64,000 bases of DNA from an uncultured Gammaproteobacteria bacterium (GCA_964540635.1 CAZINP010000003.1:43892-107891); one strand, 5' to 3'. Shown: positions 1 to 8,291, numbered from the stretch's first letter. The notes: generated by a model from the letters alone, not told the origin. Numbers and translations are program-made.

Positions 1-213
1 TTGCGTGATTCCAGCTTGGTTCAATACGATGAGACCGGATCAATCGGTAAGCGCTATCGCCGTCAAGACGAAATTGGTACGCCATATTGCATTACTATTG
101 ATTTTGAAACATTGGAAGATAAGGCTGTTACTGTCAGGGATAGAGATACTATGCAGCAGGAAAGAATTAAAATTAGTGAGATAAAAAATTATTTTAGCGA
201 CAAGCTAAATTAA
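1..213 (+). CDS. glyQS: Glycyl-tRNA synthetase (alpha2 type), C-terminal anticodon-binding domain; 5'-truncated by window edge
   Basis: [40 protein letters not shown] is the characteristic GlyRS-1 C-terminus. Confidence 0.93.
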   Translation: MRDSSLVQYDETGSIGKRYRRQDEIGTPYCITIDFETLEDKAVTVRDRDTMQQERIKISEIKNYFSDKLN

Positions 214-288
214 TAACTAAAACAAGAAATTTAATTAAAAACATCCAATATAAATTGGAATTTGTTATTTGTTGCTTGCAATTTTTTT

Positions 289-1557
289 ATGTATAAAAAA
301 CAAAAACTCAAAAATGGTTTAAGATTAATCACCGCCCCCCTTAAAGATACCAAAGCGGTTACGGTTTTAATTTTATTGCCAGTTGGCTCAAGGTATGAAG
401 TCGAAAAAAACAATGGTGTATCTCACTTTATTGAGCACTTGATGTTTAAGGGAACGGAAAAAAGACCAACTTCACTTGATTTAACCAAAGAGCTTGATGC
501 TATTGGTGCCGAATATAACGCTTTTACTTCAAAAGATCATACCGGTTATTATATTAAAGCTGCGGCTGATAATATTGAATTGGCTTTTGATATATTATCT
601 GATATGATTTTTAATTCCACTTTTAAATTTGAAGAAATCGAAAAGGAAAGAGGCGTAATCGTGGAAGAAATTAATATGTATGAGGATAATCCGATGATGA
701 TGATCCAAACGATTTTTGAAGAGACGTTGTTTGAAGAAAGCCCATTGGGCCGGTGGATTTCGGGTCCGCGGGAAATAATCAAAAAAATCAGTCGTCAAGA
801 AATTATAAAATATCGGGATAATCATTACTATCCGGCCAATATGGTTGTGACGGTTGCAGGTAAATTTTCTGAAAAAAAAGTAAAAAATTTGGCCGAAAAA
901 TATTTCGGTAAGTCTCGCCTAAAAAAGCATAAACCTAATTTTGAGCCGTTTTCTTCAAAACAGAACGGCCCCAGAGTCAAAATTAATTATAAAGAAACCG
1001 AACAGGTTCAGCTTTGTTTGGGCGTGCCGGCTTTTGCTTTAGATGATCCCAAGATGTACCCATTATATCTTTTGGCCGTGATTTTAGGCGGCAATATGTC
1101 TTCCAGGCTTTTTGCCAGTGTCAGAGAAGAAAAGGGTTTGGCCTATTACATCAGAACCGATATTTCCCATTATCAAGATACCGGCAATTTTTTGGTTCAA
1201 GCCGGTTTGGATAAGAATCGAATTCAAGAAGCGATCATCTTAATTCTTTCGGAATTAAAAAAGACGGCTCTTCAAGGGGTGACGCCAAAAGAATTGCTTT
1301 CAGCCAAAAATTTCTTAAAAGGCAAATTAATTTTGGATTTGGAAGATTGTGAAAGTTTTGCCGATTGGTTTGGCAAACAAGAATTACTTTCCAAAAAAAT
1401 TCTTAAACCGGAAGATAAAATAAAAAAAATTTTTGACGTTAAGCTTGAACAAGTTAAACAAGTGGCCGAAGAATTGTTTAAATCCCAAAAACTGAATTTG
1501 GCCCTAATTGGTCCATTTAAAGACAAAGATAAATTTAAATCCTTGTTAAAATTTTAG
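289..1557 (+). CDS. M16 (pitrilysin/insulinase) family zinc peptidase
   Basis: HFIEH inverted zinc motif, GSRYE..NG.SH, YNAFTS, SRLF..VRE..GLAY; ATG at 289 preferred over TTG at 262. Confidence 0.92.
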   Translation: MYKKQKLKNGLRLITAPLKDTKAVTVLILLPVGSRYEVEKNNGVSHFIEHLMFKGTEKRPTSLDLTKELDAIGAEYNAFTSKDHTGYYIKAAADNIELAFDILSDMIFNSTFKFEEIEKERGVIVEEINMYEDNPMMMIQTIFEETLFEESPLGRWISGPREIIKKISRQEIIKYRDNHYYPANMVVTVAGKFSEKKVKNLAEKYFGKSRLKKHKPNFEPFSSKQNGPRVKINYKETEQVQLCLGVPAFALDDPKMYPLYLLAVILGGNMSSRLFASVREEKGLAYYIRTDISHYQDTGNFLVQAGLDKNRIQEAIILILSELKKTALQGVTPKELLSAKNFLKGKLILDLEDCESFADWFGKQELLSKKILKPEDKIKKIFDVKLEQVKQVAEELFKSQKLNLALIGPFKDKDKFKSLLKF

Positions 1558-1563
1558 CAATAT

Positions 1564-1597
1564 AAAAAACAGTCCGAAAGATTAGGACTGTTTTTTT
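1564..1597. terminator. Bidirectional intrinsic terminator
   Basis: aaaaaacagtcc-loop-ggactgttttttt between convergent genes. Confidence 0.8.
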
Positions 1598-1599
1598 AT

Positions 1600-2067
1600 T
1601 TAAAAAATAAATACCAAAGACAATAAAGCAGCTTCAACAAAAACTTGAAAAATTATTCCTTGTATTAAAGTTAATTTAAAGGGGATGGTATTATGAATTT
1701 TTTCATGAAAATCCATTAAAGGCCTTAAAAATTTAATTTTAAAAAGAATGTAAACGGCATTGATTAAATCAGGCAGGAGTCCGCCAAAAACACCAAAAGC
1801 AATTATCAAATCTACGGGTAGTTTTTCAAAATAGCATAAAATTGTCAATATTAAAGACATGATTATCATGTCTAGAGTCGCAATAACAACGACAAAATTT
1901 AATTCTTTTTTGCTTGGGTTCTTAGGATCATCAAATAGATTTTCATCACCGTGCGGGATTAAATCAAAAATAAAGTGAAGAAATATGGCCGTAAAAAAAC
2001 CGATAAAAATATTACCGCTGTATTTGGCGGCTAAGGCCCCGGTTGTGCCGTGAATGGTTGAAAACAT
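1600..2067 (-). CDS. Integral membrane protein, putative metal-dependent hydrolase
   Basis: Several hydrophobic helices with H..G, H..D..PH.D, PD and FH..IH His/Asp motifs. Confidence 0.55.
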   Translation of the reverse strand: MFSTIHGTTGALAAKYSGNIFIGFFTAIFLHFIFDLIPHGDENLFDDPKNPSKKELNFVVVIATLDMIIMSLILTILCYFEKLPVDLIIAFGVFGGLLPDLINAVYILFKIKFLRPLMDFHEKIHNTIPFKLTLIQGIIFQVFVEAALLSLVFIF

Positions 2068-2104
2068 AATTTAAAGGGTAATTTATTTAATCATATCAAA
2101 ACCT

Positions 2105-2133
2105 TTGACAAATTTCAATTATTTATTTATAAT
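2105..2133 (+). promoter_or_regulatory. Consensus sigma70 promoter of tRNA-Leu
   Basis: TTGACA-17 bp-TATAAT. Confidence 0.8.
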
Positions 2134-2153
2134 GTTATCTGTAACGTATTTTT

Positions 2154-2238
2154 GCCGAAGTGGCGGAACTGGTAGACGCGCACGACTCAAAATCGTGTTG
2201 GGCAACCCCCAGTGAGAGTTCGAGTCTCTCCTTCGGCA
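2154..2238 (+). tRNA. tRNA-Leu(CAA)
   Basis: gccgaag/cttcggc acceptor stem, cacga-ctCAAaa-tcgtg anticodon arm, long variable arm, TTCGAGT loop; CCA not encoded. Confidence 0.95.
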
Positions 2239-2240
2239 GA

Positions 2241-2269
2241 TTGACAATCAAGGCTATCTCGTATATTAT
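2241..2269 (+). promoter_or_regulatory. sigma70 promoter of the tRNA-Met pair
   Basis: TTGACA-17 bp-TATTAT. Confidence 0.7.
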
Positions 2270-2282
2270 TAATTGATATCGA

Positions 2283-2358
2283 CGCGGGGTGGAGCAGCTA
2301 GCAGCTCGTCGGGCCCATAACCCGAAGGTCGTGGGTGCAAATCCCACCCCCGCTACCA
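2283..2358 (+). tRNA. Initiator tRNA-fMet(CAT) with atypical loops
   Basis: Unpaired C1:T72, three consecutive G-C pairs in anticodon stem (tcggg/cccga), CAT anticodon, encoded CCA. Confidence 0.92.
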
Positions 2359-2390
2359 AAATATTAAATTTTCATATATTTTTTTGTGAT

Positions 2391-2467
2391 GGCGAGGTAG
2401 CTCAGTTGGTTAGAGCGAAGGAATCATAACCCTTAGGTCGGCGGTTCGATCCCGCCCCTCGCTACCA
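2391..2467 (+). tRNA. tRNA-Met(CAT), probably elongator (Ile2 not excluded)
   Basis: ggcgagg/cctcgct acceptor, agttggtta D-loop, atCATaa loop, TTCGATC T-loop, CCA. Confidence 0.88.
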
Positions 2468-2561
2468 TTTAAAATTTTTATAATAGTCAGGCTTATGGCC
2501 TGTTTTTTTATAAAAAAACCCGGATGATATTTTATCCGGGGGCAATGAATAGTTTTCATCT

Positions 2562-2909
2562 TTAGCCGTTCAAACAACCGCATGGGGTTACGGCCGAAGC
2601 AATTAATTCATAGCGCCTAGGACCAAGAACAAAGGCTAGTTCGGCCAACAGTTTTTGGAATTTTTTCTTATTCCATTTTTTTGAAATGAGCACTTTGGTA
2701 ATCTTCAGAATCAACTCCCTTAATTTCGGGCCGTAAACCAACTCCCAGTTTACGGTCATGGGGTCATTGTTCAGCCATTTGGGAAAAATCGCGATTGCGT
2801 CTTCAATGTTGTAGGACTCCGGCTGTGATTGCAATTCATTAATGAACGTTTGGCAGTTTTTTATACGCCTTTCAAAAACCTTAATTACTTCTTCGATTGT
2901 CATGACCAA
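2562..2909 (-). CDS. Hypothetical protein
   Basis: 115-aa ORF filling the gap between the tRNAs and parA, followed by a terminator-like hairpin (~2512-2541); no recognisable motif. Confidence 0.55.
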   Translation of the reverse strand: MVMTIEEVIKVFERRIKNCQTFINELQSQPESYNIEDAIAIFPKWLNNDPMTVNWELVYGPKLRELILKITKVLISKKWNKKKFQKLLAELAFVLGPRRYELIASAVTPCGCLNG

Positions 2910-3040
2910 TCCCTTTTTGTTGATTGCTTCTTAATTTTATCAGTTTATTATCCGTTTAAAGAAACCTAGAGTTCATTTTACATAAAATCAATTTTTAAAG
3001 CAAATAAGTTTAAATATCATTATTTTTTAACCGGCCCCCC

Positions 3041-3069
3041 TTGTGAGAAAGGGCTTTTTTTATTATAAT
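3041..3069 (+). promoter_or_regulatory. parAB promoter, probably producing leaderless mRNA
   Basis: TTGTGA-17 bp-TATAAT ending 6 nt before the ATG at 3076. Confidence 0.6.
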
Positions 3070-3075
3070 TAAAAT

Positions 3076-3849
3076 ATGTCAAGAGTCATTGCCATTGTTA
3101 ATCAAAAAGGCGGAGTTGGTAAAACGACCACTGCCGTAAACCTGGGCGCCTATCTGGCGATGCTGGGTAAATTTGTGCTGTTAATTGACATTGACCCTCA
3201 GGCCAATGCCACTTCTGGCCTTGGAATTGATCACAATATTTTGGATAAGGGTGTTTATCACGCGCTTTTTCAGGAAACATCAATCAGGGATATTTTAAAA
3301 AATACCCCACATCAGGGTTATCGGGTGGCACCGGCTACGGCTGATTTGGCCGGAGCGAGAGTTGAGTTAGTTGGCCTTGATAGTCGAGAATTCCTTTTGC
3401 GAGATAGAATTTTGGAAATAAAGAACGATTTTGATTATATTATTATTGATTGTCCGCCTTCACTTGATTTATTAACCATTAATGGCTTGGTGGCCGCTGA
3501 AGAGATTTTAATTCCAGTGCAGGCCGAATATATGGCTTTGGAGGGTTTGGGTCAGCTCTTAAATACGATAAATTTAATAAAAGAAAATTTAAAACCGGAA
3601 TTAAAAATTTTGGGAGCAGTGGTGACCATGTTTGATAAAAGGAACAGATTATCTTCACAGGTTGAAGGCGATTTGCGGCAGAATTTTCCGCACCCTGTTT
3701 TAAAAACGGTTATTCCCCGAAACGTTCGATTAACCGAGGCGCCAAGTTTTGGACAATCAATACTTTCTTATGACGCCAGATCGGCCGGCGGCCAAGCATA
3801 CCAAGAGTTGGCCCGAGAGCTGATTGGTCAGGAATATTTTATAGTGTAA
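3076..3849 (+). CDS. parA: Chromosome partitioning ATPase ParA/Soj
   Basis: NQKGGVGKTT deviant Walker A, DIDPQANAT, IIDCPPSL, IPRNVRLTEAPSFG. Confidence 0.96.
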   Translation: MSRVIAIVNQKGGVGKTTTAVNLGAYLAMLGKFVLLIDIDPQANATSGLGIDHNILDKGVYHALFQETSIRDILKNTPHQGYRVAPATADLAGARVELVGLDSREFLLRDRILEIKNDFDYIIIDCPPSLDLLTINGLVAAEEILIPVQAEYMALEGLGQLLNTINLIKENLKPELKILGAVVTMFDKRNRLSSQVEGDLRQNFPHPVLKTVIPRNVRLTEAPSFGQSILSYDARSAGGQAYQELARELIGQEYFIV

Positions 3850-3870
3850 AAATAAATAAAGATTAGATAT

Positions 3871-4737
3871 ATGGCAAAAACTTACGGTTTGGGTAAAGGT
3901 CTTAGTTCCTTAATCCCGCCAAAATCACAGTCAAATACTATTAAGTCTGATTCACCGATTTTGCCAGACCAGGAAAGAATAGTTCAAGTTCCGCTTGAAA
4001 AGGTTAGGGCAAACCCTTTGCAGCCGCGACATAATTTTGAGCACGAGGCAATGGAAGATCTGACCAATTCTATCAGAGAACATGGTATTCTTCAGCCCTT
4101 GATTGTTGTTAAGGATGAGAAAGGTTATGAGATTGTGGCCGGTGAGAGACGTTTTCGCGCCTCGCAAATTTTGGGCTTAAAAACCGTGCCCGTGATTGTC
4201 AGAGACATTAAGGAGCAGCAAAAACTGGAATTAGCTTTGGTTGAAAATATTCAAAGAAAAGATCTTAACCCGATTGAAGAGGCGATTGCATATCGAAGAT
4301 TGATTGATGAGTTTAATCTTACGCAAGAGGAGGCGGCCAAAAAGGTGGGTAAAAGCCGAACGGTAGTTACCAACACCTTACGCTTGCTCTCTCTGCCAAC
4401 TGAAATTCAAAAAGCGGTAATTTCTGAAAAATTACCTTATTCGGCGGCCAGGGTTATTGTTGGCTTGCCGCCGGAAGAAAGGATGAAGTTTTTTCAAAAA
4501 GTGATGAAAGAGGAGCTACCGGTTCATGCCATAGAGGAGCGGGCGAGAAAATCAAGCTCTAAGGCTAAAGCAAAAAAACCAATTGATCCTAATCTGGTTT
4601 CTTTAGAAGAAAAAATCCAAGCAATTCTGGGCACAAAGGTGACCATAAAAAAATCAGGTCAAACGGGCAGTATTATTATTGATTTTTATTCGCCCGAAGA
4701 ATTAAATGAGTTAATTTCAAAATTTAATAAATTATAA
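3871..4737 (+). CDS. parB: Chromosome partitioning protein ParB/Spo0J
   Basis: GLGKGLSSLI N-peptide, NPLQPR, AGERRFRA, ENIQRKDLNPIEEA, HTH. Confidence 0.96.
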   Translation: MAKTYGLGKGLSSLIPPKSQSNTIKSDSPILPDQERIVQVPLEKVRANPLQPRHNFEHEAMEDLTNSIREHGILQPLIVVKDEKGYEIVAGERRFRASQILGLKTVPVIVRDIKEQQKLELALVENIQRKDLNPIEEAIAYRRLIDEFNLTQEEAAKKVGKSRTVVTNTLRLLSLPTEIQKAVISEKLPYSAARVIVGLPPEERMKFFQKVMKEELPVHAIEERARKSSSKAKAKKPIDPNLVSLEEKIQAILGTKVTIKKSGQTGSIIIDFYSPEELNELISKFNKL

Positions 4738-4741
4738 AGTT

Positions 4742-4921
4742 ATGACCGGCGAACAAAATAAAAATTCTATTCCGCCATTGCCAACAAAAATAAACACCAC
4801 TCTTGGGGTGGTTCTTATTATTTGTATGTTAATAATCGGTTCTCTGAACATTGCCGCTGCTTATGTTGGTTTAGACAGAGATGCCGGCACCGTCAGCCAG
4901 AATGTCAGTTTAAAAAAATAA
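4742..4921 (+). CDS. Small single-pass membrane protein (59 aa; below the ORF-track cutoff)
   Basis: ATG 4 nt after the parB stop; MTGEQNKNSIPPLPTKINTTLGVVLIICMLIIGSLNIAAAYVGLDRDAGTVSQNVSLKK*, ending just before a terminator. Confidence 0.6.
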   Translation: MTGEQNKNSIPPLPTKINTTLGVVLIICMLIIGSLNIAAAYVGLDRDAGTVSQNVSLKK

Positions 4922-4931
4922 TACAAAATTT

Positions 4932-4961
4932 AAAAAATTCCGCCTAAGAGGCGGAATTTTT
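4932..4961. terminator. Bidirectional intrinsic terminator
   Basis: aaaaaattccgcct-aag-aggcggaattttt. Confidence 0.8.
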
Positions 4962-6462
4962 ATTTTGGTAATTTTGACCTGATTTTACTTCTTGCTGCTT
5001 GCGTTTTGGCAAATAGCAGCCAATCTCTATTGGGTCCTTTGCGGTGTTTGTCGGTAACAATTTCAACTACATCACCACTTTTTAAAGTGGTATCGCAAGA
5101 GGCCATAACTCCGTTAACCTTACCGCCAACACAATGATCGCCAATCCAGGTGTGAACATCATAAGCAAAATCAACCACCGTTGCTTCTTCCGGTAAATCG
5201 ATAACGTCGCCATTAGGGGTGAAAACAAAAATTCTGTTCTTAAAGAAATCAAGATTTAGGCTGTCTAAATATTGTTCATTGTCTTGTATTTCTTTTTGCC
5301 AGTCAACAAGATCTTGGATCCATTTAAATTTTTTAGGAAGCTCCCTGCCTTTTTCCCCGATTTTTTTAGGGTTTTTATCGCTTTCTTTATAGTGCCAATG
5401 GGCGGCAATACCATATTCGGCCTGTTCGTGCATTTCTGCTGTTCTAATTTGAAATTCAACAATCTTTCCCTCAAGGCAAAAAATTGTTGTATGTAATGAT
5501 CGATAACCGTTTGGTTTTGGTTGGGCAATATAATCTTTTATTCTGCCGGGCAGAGGCTTCCATAAGTGATGAATTATGCCGAGGGCGTGGTAGCAATCGG
5601 AAACATCTTTAACAATAATTCTAAGAGCGACTAAATCATAAATTTTATTTACGTCGCCATTATATTGCGGTCGGCGAAGCTTTTGAAAAAGGCTGTATAA
5701 ACGTTTGGCCCGACCGTGAATTGATGTGATTTTTATATTTTCTTTTGAGAGTTCTTTTTCAACGATTTTTATGACGCGATTAACATAATCCATTTGGATT
5801 TTAATCTGAGGAATAATCTCTGTTTGCATCCAGTGATATTCTTTGGGGTAAACATAAGGGAAGGCTAAATCTTCAATTTCACCTTTGACAAAACCCATAC
5901 CTAGACGGTTTGCAATGGGCGCATAAATTTCAAGTGATTCTTTAGCAATACGTTCCTGTTTTTCCGGCGGCAGAGCTTTTAAGGTTCTAAGATTATGGAG
6001 GCGGTCAGCCATTTTTATCAGAATAATTCTTATATCCTGAGCCATTGAAATAAACATCCGCCTTAAATTTTCGGCATATCTTTCCATGCCACGATATTTG
6101 ATGACGCCTAATTTAGTAATGCCCCCAACAAGTTTTGCCACTTCGGGTCCGAAGTTTTTTTCCACATCAACCAGGCTGTAATTAGTGTCTTCCGGTACAT
6201 CGTGGAGTAGGGCAGCGATTATGGTTGGCTGGTCCATGCCCATTTTGGCCAGGGTAATTGCCGTCTCAAGCGGGTGAATGATGTATGGCTCACCCGACTT
6301 TCTTTTTTGCCCGCCATGCGCTTCATTGGCAAAATCGTATGCCAATTTTATCATGTCAATATCGTAACTATTATTTTTTTTCTTGAGCACCTCAAAAACG
6401 GGTATTTTGCTGTTACCACGCGTGTCTTTTATTGCTTTGATTAAATCATTTAAATCAGGCAT
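4960..6462 (-). CDS. rel: RelA/SpoT (p)ppGpp synthetase/hydrolase; HD + SYNTH + TGS domains, lacking C-terminal ZFD/ACT
   Basis: QKRKSGEPYIIHP, LLHDVPED, KMADRLHN, DYIAQPKPNGYRSLHT, EFQIRT, FVFTPNG..DFAY. Confidence 0.93.
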   Translation of the reverse strand: MPDLNDLIKAIKDTRGNSKIPVFEVLKKKNNSYDIDMIKLAYDFANEAHGGQKRKSGEPYIIHPLETAITLAKMGMDQPTIIAALLHDVPEDTNYSLVDVEKNFGPEVAKLVGGITKLGVIKYRGMERYAENLRRMFISMAQDIRIILIKMADRLHNLRTLKALPPEKQERIAKESLEIYAPIANRLGMGFVKGEIEDLAFPYVYPKEYHWMQTEIIPQIKIQMDYVNRVIKIVEKELSKENIKITSIHGRAKRLYSLFQKLRRPQYNGDVNKIYDLVALRIIVKDVSDCYHALGIIHHLWKPLPGRIKDYIAQPKPNGYRSLHTTIFCLEGKIVEFQIRTAEMHEQAEYGIAAHWHYKESDKNPKKIGEKGRELPKKFKWIQDLVDWQKEIQDNEQYLDSLNLDFFKNRIFVFTPNGDVIDLPEEATVVDFAYDVHTWIGDHCVGGKVNGVMASCDTTLKSGDVVEIVTDKHRKGPNRDWLLFAKTQAARSKIRSKLPK

Positions 6463-6510
6463 ATAATGATTTTAGTATAGATTAAAACAGGTTAAAAGGC
6501 AAAAATGAGA

Positions 6511-6573
6511 TTGACATTGATATTTTTTTATGCTATACTTAAAACAGTTGGTAGGCAAGTGCCTATCTTTTTT
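6511..6573 (+). promoter_or_regulatory. Strong promoter followed at once by a hairpin + U-tract (attenuator-like)
   Basis: TTGACA-17-TATACT with extended TG; ggtaggc-aagt-gcctatc-tttttt at 6550-6573. Confidence 0.6.
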
Positions 6574-6595
6574 ATATAAATAATATGCTAAATTT

Positions 6596-7567
6596 ATGAT
6601 AAATTTAAGCACAGTTGACCTGAATTATATTTATTTAGTTTTTATTATTATTGCCTCTGGGGTTATTGTATTAATTTGGCGCGGAGACAATCTTAAGAAT
6701 TTTTTTCGCTTTTTTCGCGGTAATTCGATAACGACATTGATTCAATATTCAAAAGATTTAACGTGGATGGCCCAAGAAGGTAAGCTTGATCCGGTGATTG
6801 GCCGAGAAAAAGAAATTGACCGCGTAATTCAAGTTTTGTGTCGCAGAACTAAAAATAATCCTGTCTTAATCGGTAAGTCAGGTGTCGGCAAAACGGCAAT
6901 TGCCGAGGGTTTAGCTTTGGCTATAAACGAAGAAAAGGTGCCAGACATACTTTTAAATAAAAAAGTATTAGCCCTTGATTTAGCAAGCATTGTAGCCGGG
7001 ACAAAGTATCGAGGAGAATTTGAAAAAAGATTAAAAAAAATTGCTGATGAAATTTCAGCGTCAAATCGTAGTATAATCTTATTTATTGATGAAATTCATA
7101 CTTTGGCTCAGGCTGGCAGTGCGGAAGGTTCAATGGATGCCGACGATATTTTGAAGCCGGCTCTTTCGCGCGGCGAACTCCAGGTGATAGGTGCTACAAC
7201 CATTGAAGAGTATCGAGATTTTATAAAAAATGATGTAACATTGGATCGCCGCCTTCATCCGATATTGGTTGATGAGCCAGACAAGGAAGAAACCATTGAG
7301 ATTTTAAAAGGAATAAAAAGAAAATATGAACAGTTTCATAAGGTTAAGATTACGGATGAGGCTATCATTGCCTCTGTTGAGTTGGCTGAAAAAAACATAA
7401 AGGATAAATTTTTTCCCGACAAGGCAATTGATTTGATGGATGAGGCTGCGTCAAAAGTTAATATTGAAAACGTAGATGATCAGAATCAAGAATATTGGCC
7501 TCAGGTTGGTAAGGCCGAGGTTGAAGCGGTTATGCAAGAATGGTTGGAGGGCGGTTTAGCCAAATAA
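6596..7567 (+). CDS. ClpA/B/C-type AAA+ NBD1-only protein with N-terminal transmembrane helix
   Basis: [57 protein letters not shown]; hydrophobic [18 protein letters not shown] in place of the Clp N-domain; no NBD2. Confidence 0.88.
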   Translation: MINLSTVDLNYIYLVFIIIASGVIVLIWRGDNLKNFFRFFRGNSITTLIQYSKDLTWMAQEGKLDPVIGREKEIDRVIQVLCRRTKNNPVLIGKSGVGKTAIAEGLALAINEEKVPDILLNKKVLALDLASIVAGTKYRGEFEKRLKKIADEISASNRSIILFIDEIHTLAQAGSAEGSMDADDILKPALSRGELQVIGATTIEEYRDFIKNDVTLDRRLHPILVDEPDKEETIEILKGIKRKYEQFHKVKITDEAIIASVELAEKNIKDKFFPDKAIDLMDEAASKVNIENVDDQNQEYWPQVGKAEVEAVMQEWLEGGLAK

Positions 7568-7623
7568 TTTTGCTTATTTCTTTCACCCTTGACAAAATTA
7601 ATTTTTCGTGCTAACATAGCATT

Positions 7624-7687
7624 GTTGATGCTAGGTTTACCCCTAGACCAAAATACGCTTCGTGGATATCGAAGCGTATTTTGTTTT
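7624..7687 (+). ncRNA. Candidate small RNA 1 (~65 nt)
   Basis: TTGACA(7589)-17-TAACAT promoter; ctagg/cctag hairpin; 14-bp terminator caaaatacgcttcg/cgaagcgtattttg + tttt; no ORF. Confidence 0.55.
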
Positions 7688-7742
7688 ATTTATACCGAAA
7701 GATAATATTGTAAAAAATTTTTATATTTGTTATTATATATTT

Positions 7743-7810
7743 GCGGTTGGGAAGCTAGCGCCCTAGCATCAACATTGTTTAAGGGTACAGCGACCTTCCC
7801 CCGCACTTTT
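7743..7810 (+). ncRNA. Candidate small RNA 2 (~68 nt hairpin)
   Basis: TTGTAA(7708)-17-TATTAT with extended TG; GC-rich island folding gcgg/ccgc, gggaag/cttccc, gccct/agggt, followed by tttt. Confidence 0.55.
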
Positions 7811-7813
7811 GGT

Positions 7814-7880
7814 TTGACAAAAAAAACCAGCCATGCTATAATGAATATGTATTGAGATGGGCAGAAGCCTATCCTTTTTT
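7814..7880 (+). promoter_or_regulatory. Perfect consensus promoter followed by hairpin + U-tract
   Basis: TTGACA-17-TATAAT (7814-7842) with extended TG; gatgggc-agaa-gcctatc-ctttttt at 7856-7880. Confidence 0.65.
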
Positions 7881-8022
7881 ATTTTCTTTGCCTACGGGCA
7901 AGCGCTCCAACCAAAAAGAGAGCAATAAAAACAAAAGGCCCAATTGGGTAAAAAATTTGATCTTTAAAAACAAAACTAAAAAAATTACGGCTATACGCCG
8001 TAAGTAAAACAAAAACAAAAAT

Positions 8023-8220
8023 ATGGACTCAGTTCAACCTATTGCCACGCCGCAAGAGCCACAAGCCCAGTGCAGTCCTCAACCGTGTACGCCTAAAGCG
8101 TATAATGATTGGGAATTTGATATTGGACGAACATATTTGCTTTTGACGGCAACCTTAGTGATTCCGCTTTATCTCTCAATTTCTTTGATTGCGTTTTCAC
8201 TGGGTGGTTTGGTCGTATAA
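8023..8220 (+). CDS. Small protein with C-terminal hydrophobic helix (65 aa)
   Basis: Pro/Gln-rich N-terminus then YLLLTATLVIPLYLSISLIAFSLGGLVV; A-rich leader; followed by a terminator. Confidence 0.6.
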   Translation: MDSVQPIATPQEPQAQCSPQPCTPKAYNDWEFDIGRTYLLLTATLVIPLYLSISLIAFSLGGLVV

Positions 8221-8241
8221 ATTTAAAAAATTTGTCATGAT

Positions 8242-8277
8242 AAAAAAATTCCTCCGAGCAAGCGGAGGAATTTTTTT
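8242..8277. terminator. Bidirectional intrinsic terminator
   Basis: aaaaaaattcctccg-loop-cggaggaattttttt. Confidence 0.8.
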
Positions 8278-8291
8278 ATTGTTTTAAACAA

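Noticed and set aside
2135-2359. 74-aa minus-strand ORF (also 19072-19365 and the 19348 N-terminal extension)
   Set aside because: These overlap tRNA genes and are shadows of them
2910-4960. Possible oriC or parS sites near parAB
   Set aside because: No DnaA-box cluster or TGTTTCACGTGAAACA-like palindrome was found by eye
4960-6462. RelA/SpoT lacking its C-terminal regulatory domains as a possible pseudogene
   Set aside because: It ends cleanly at a terminator with catalytic motifs intact; this looks like a natural short form
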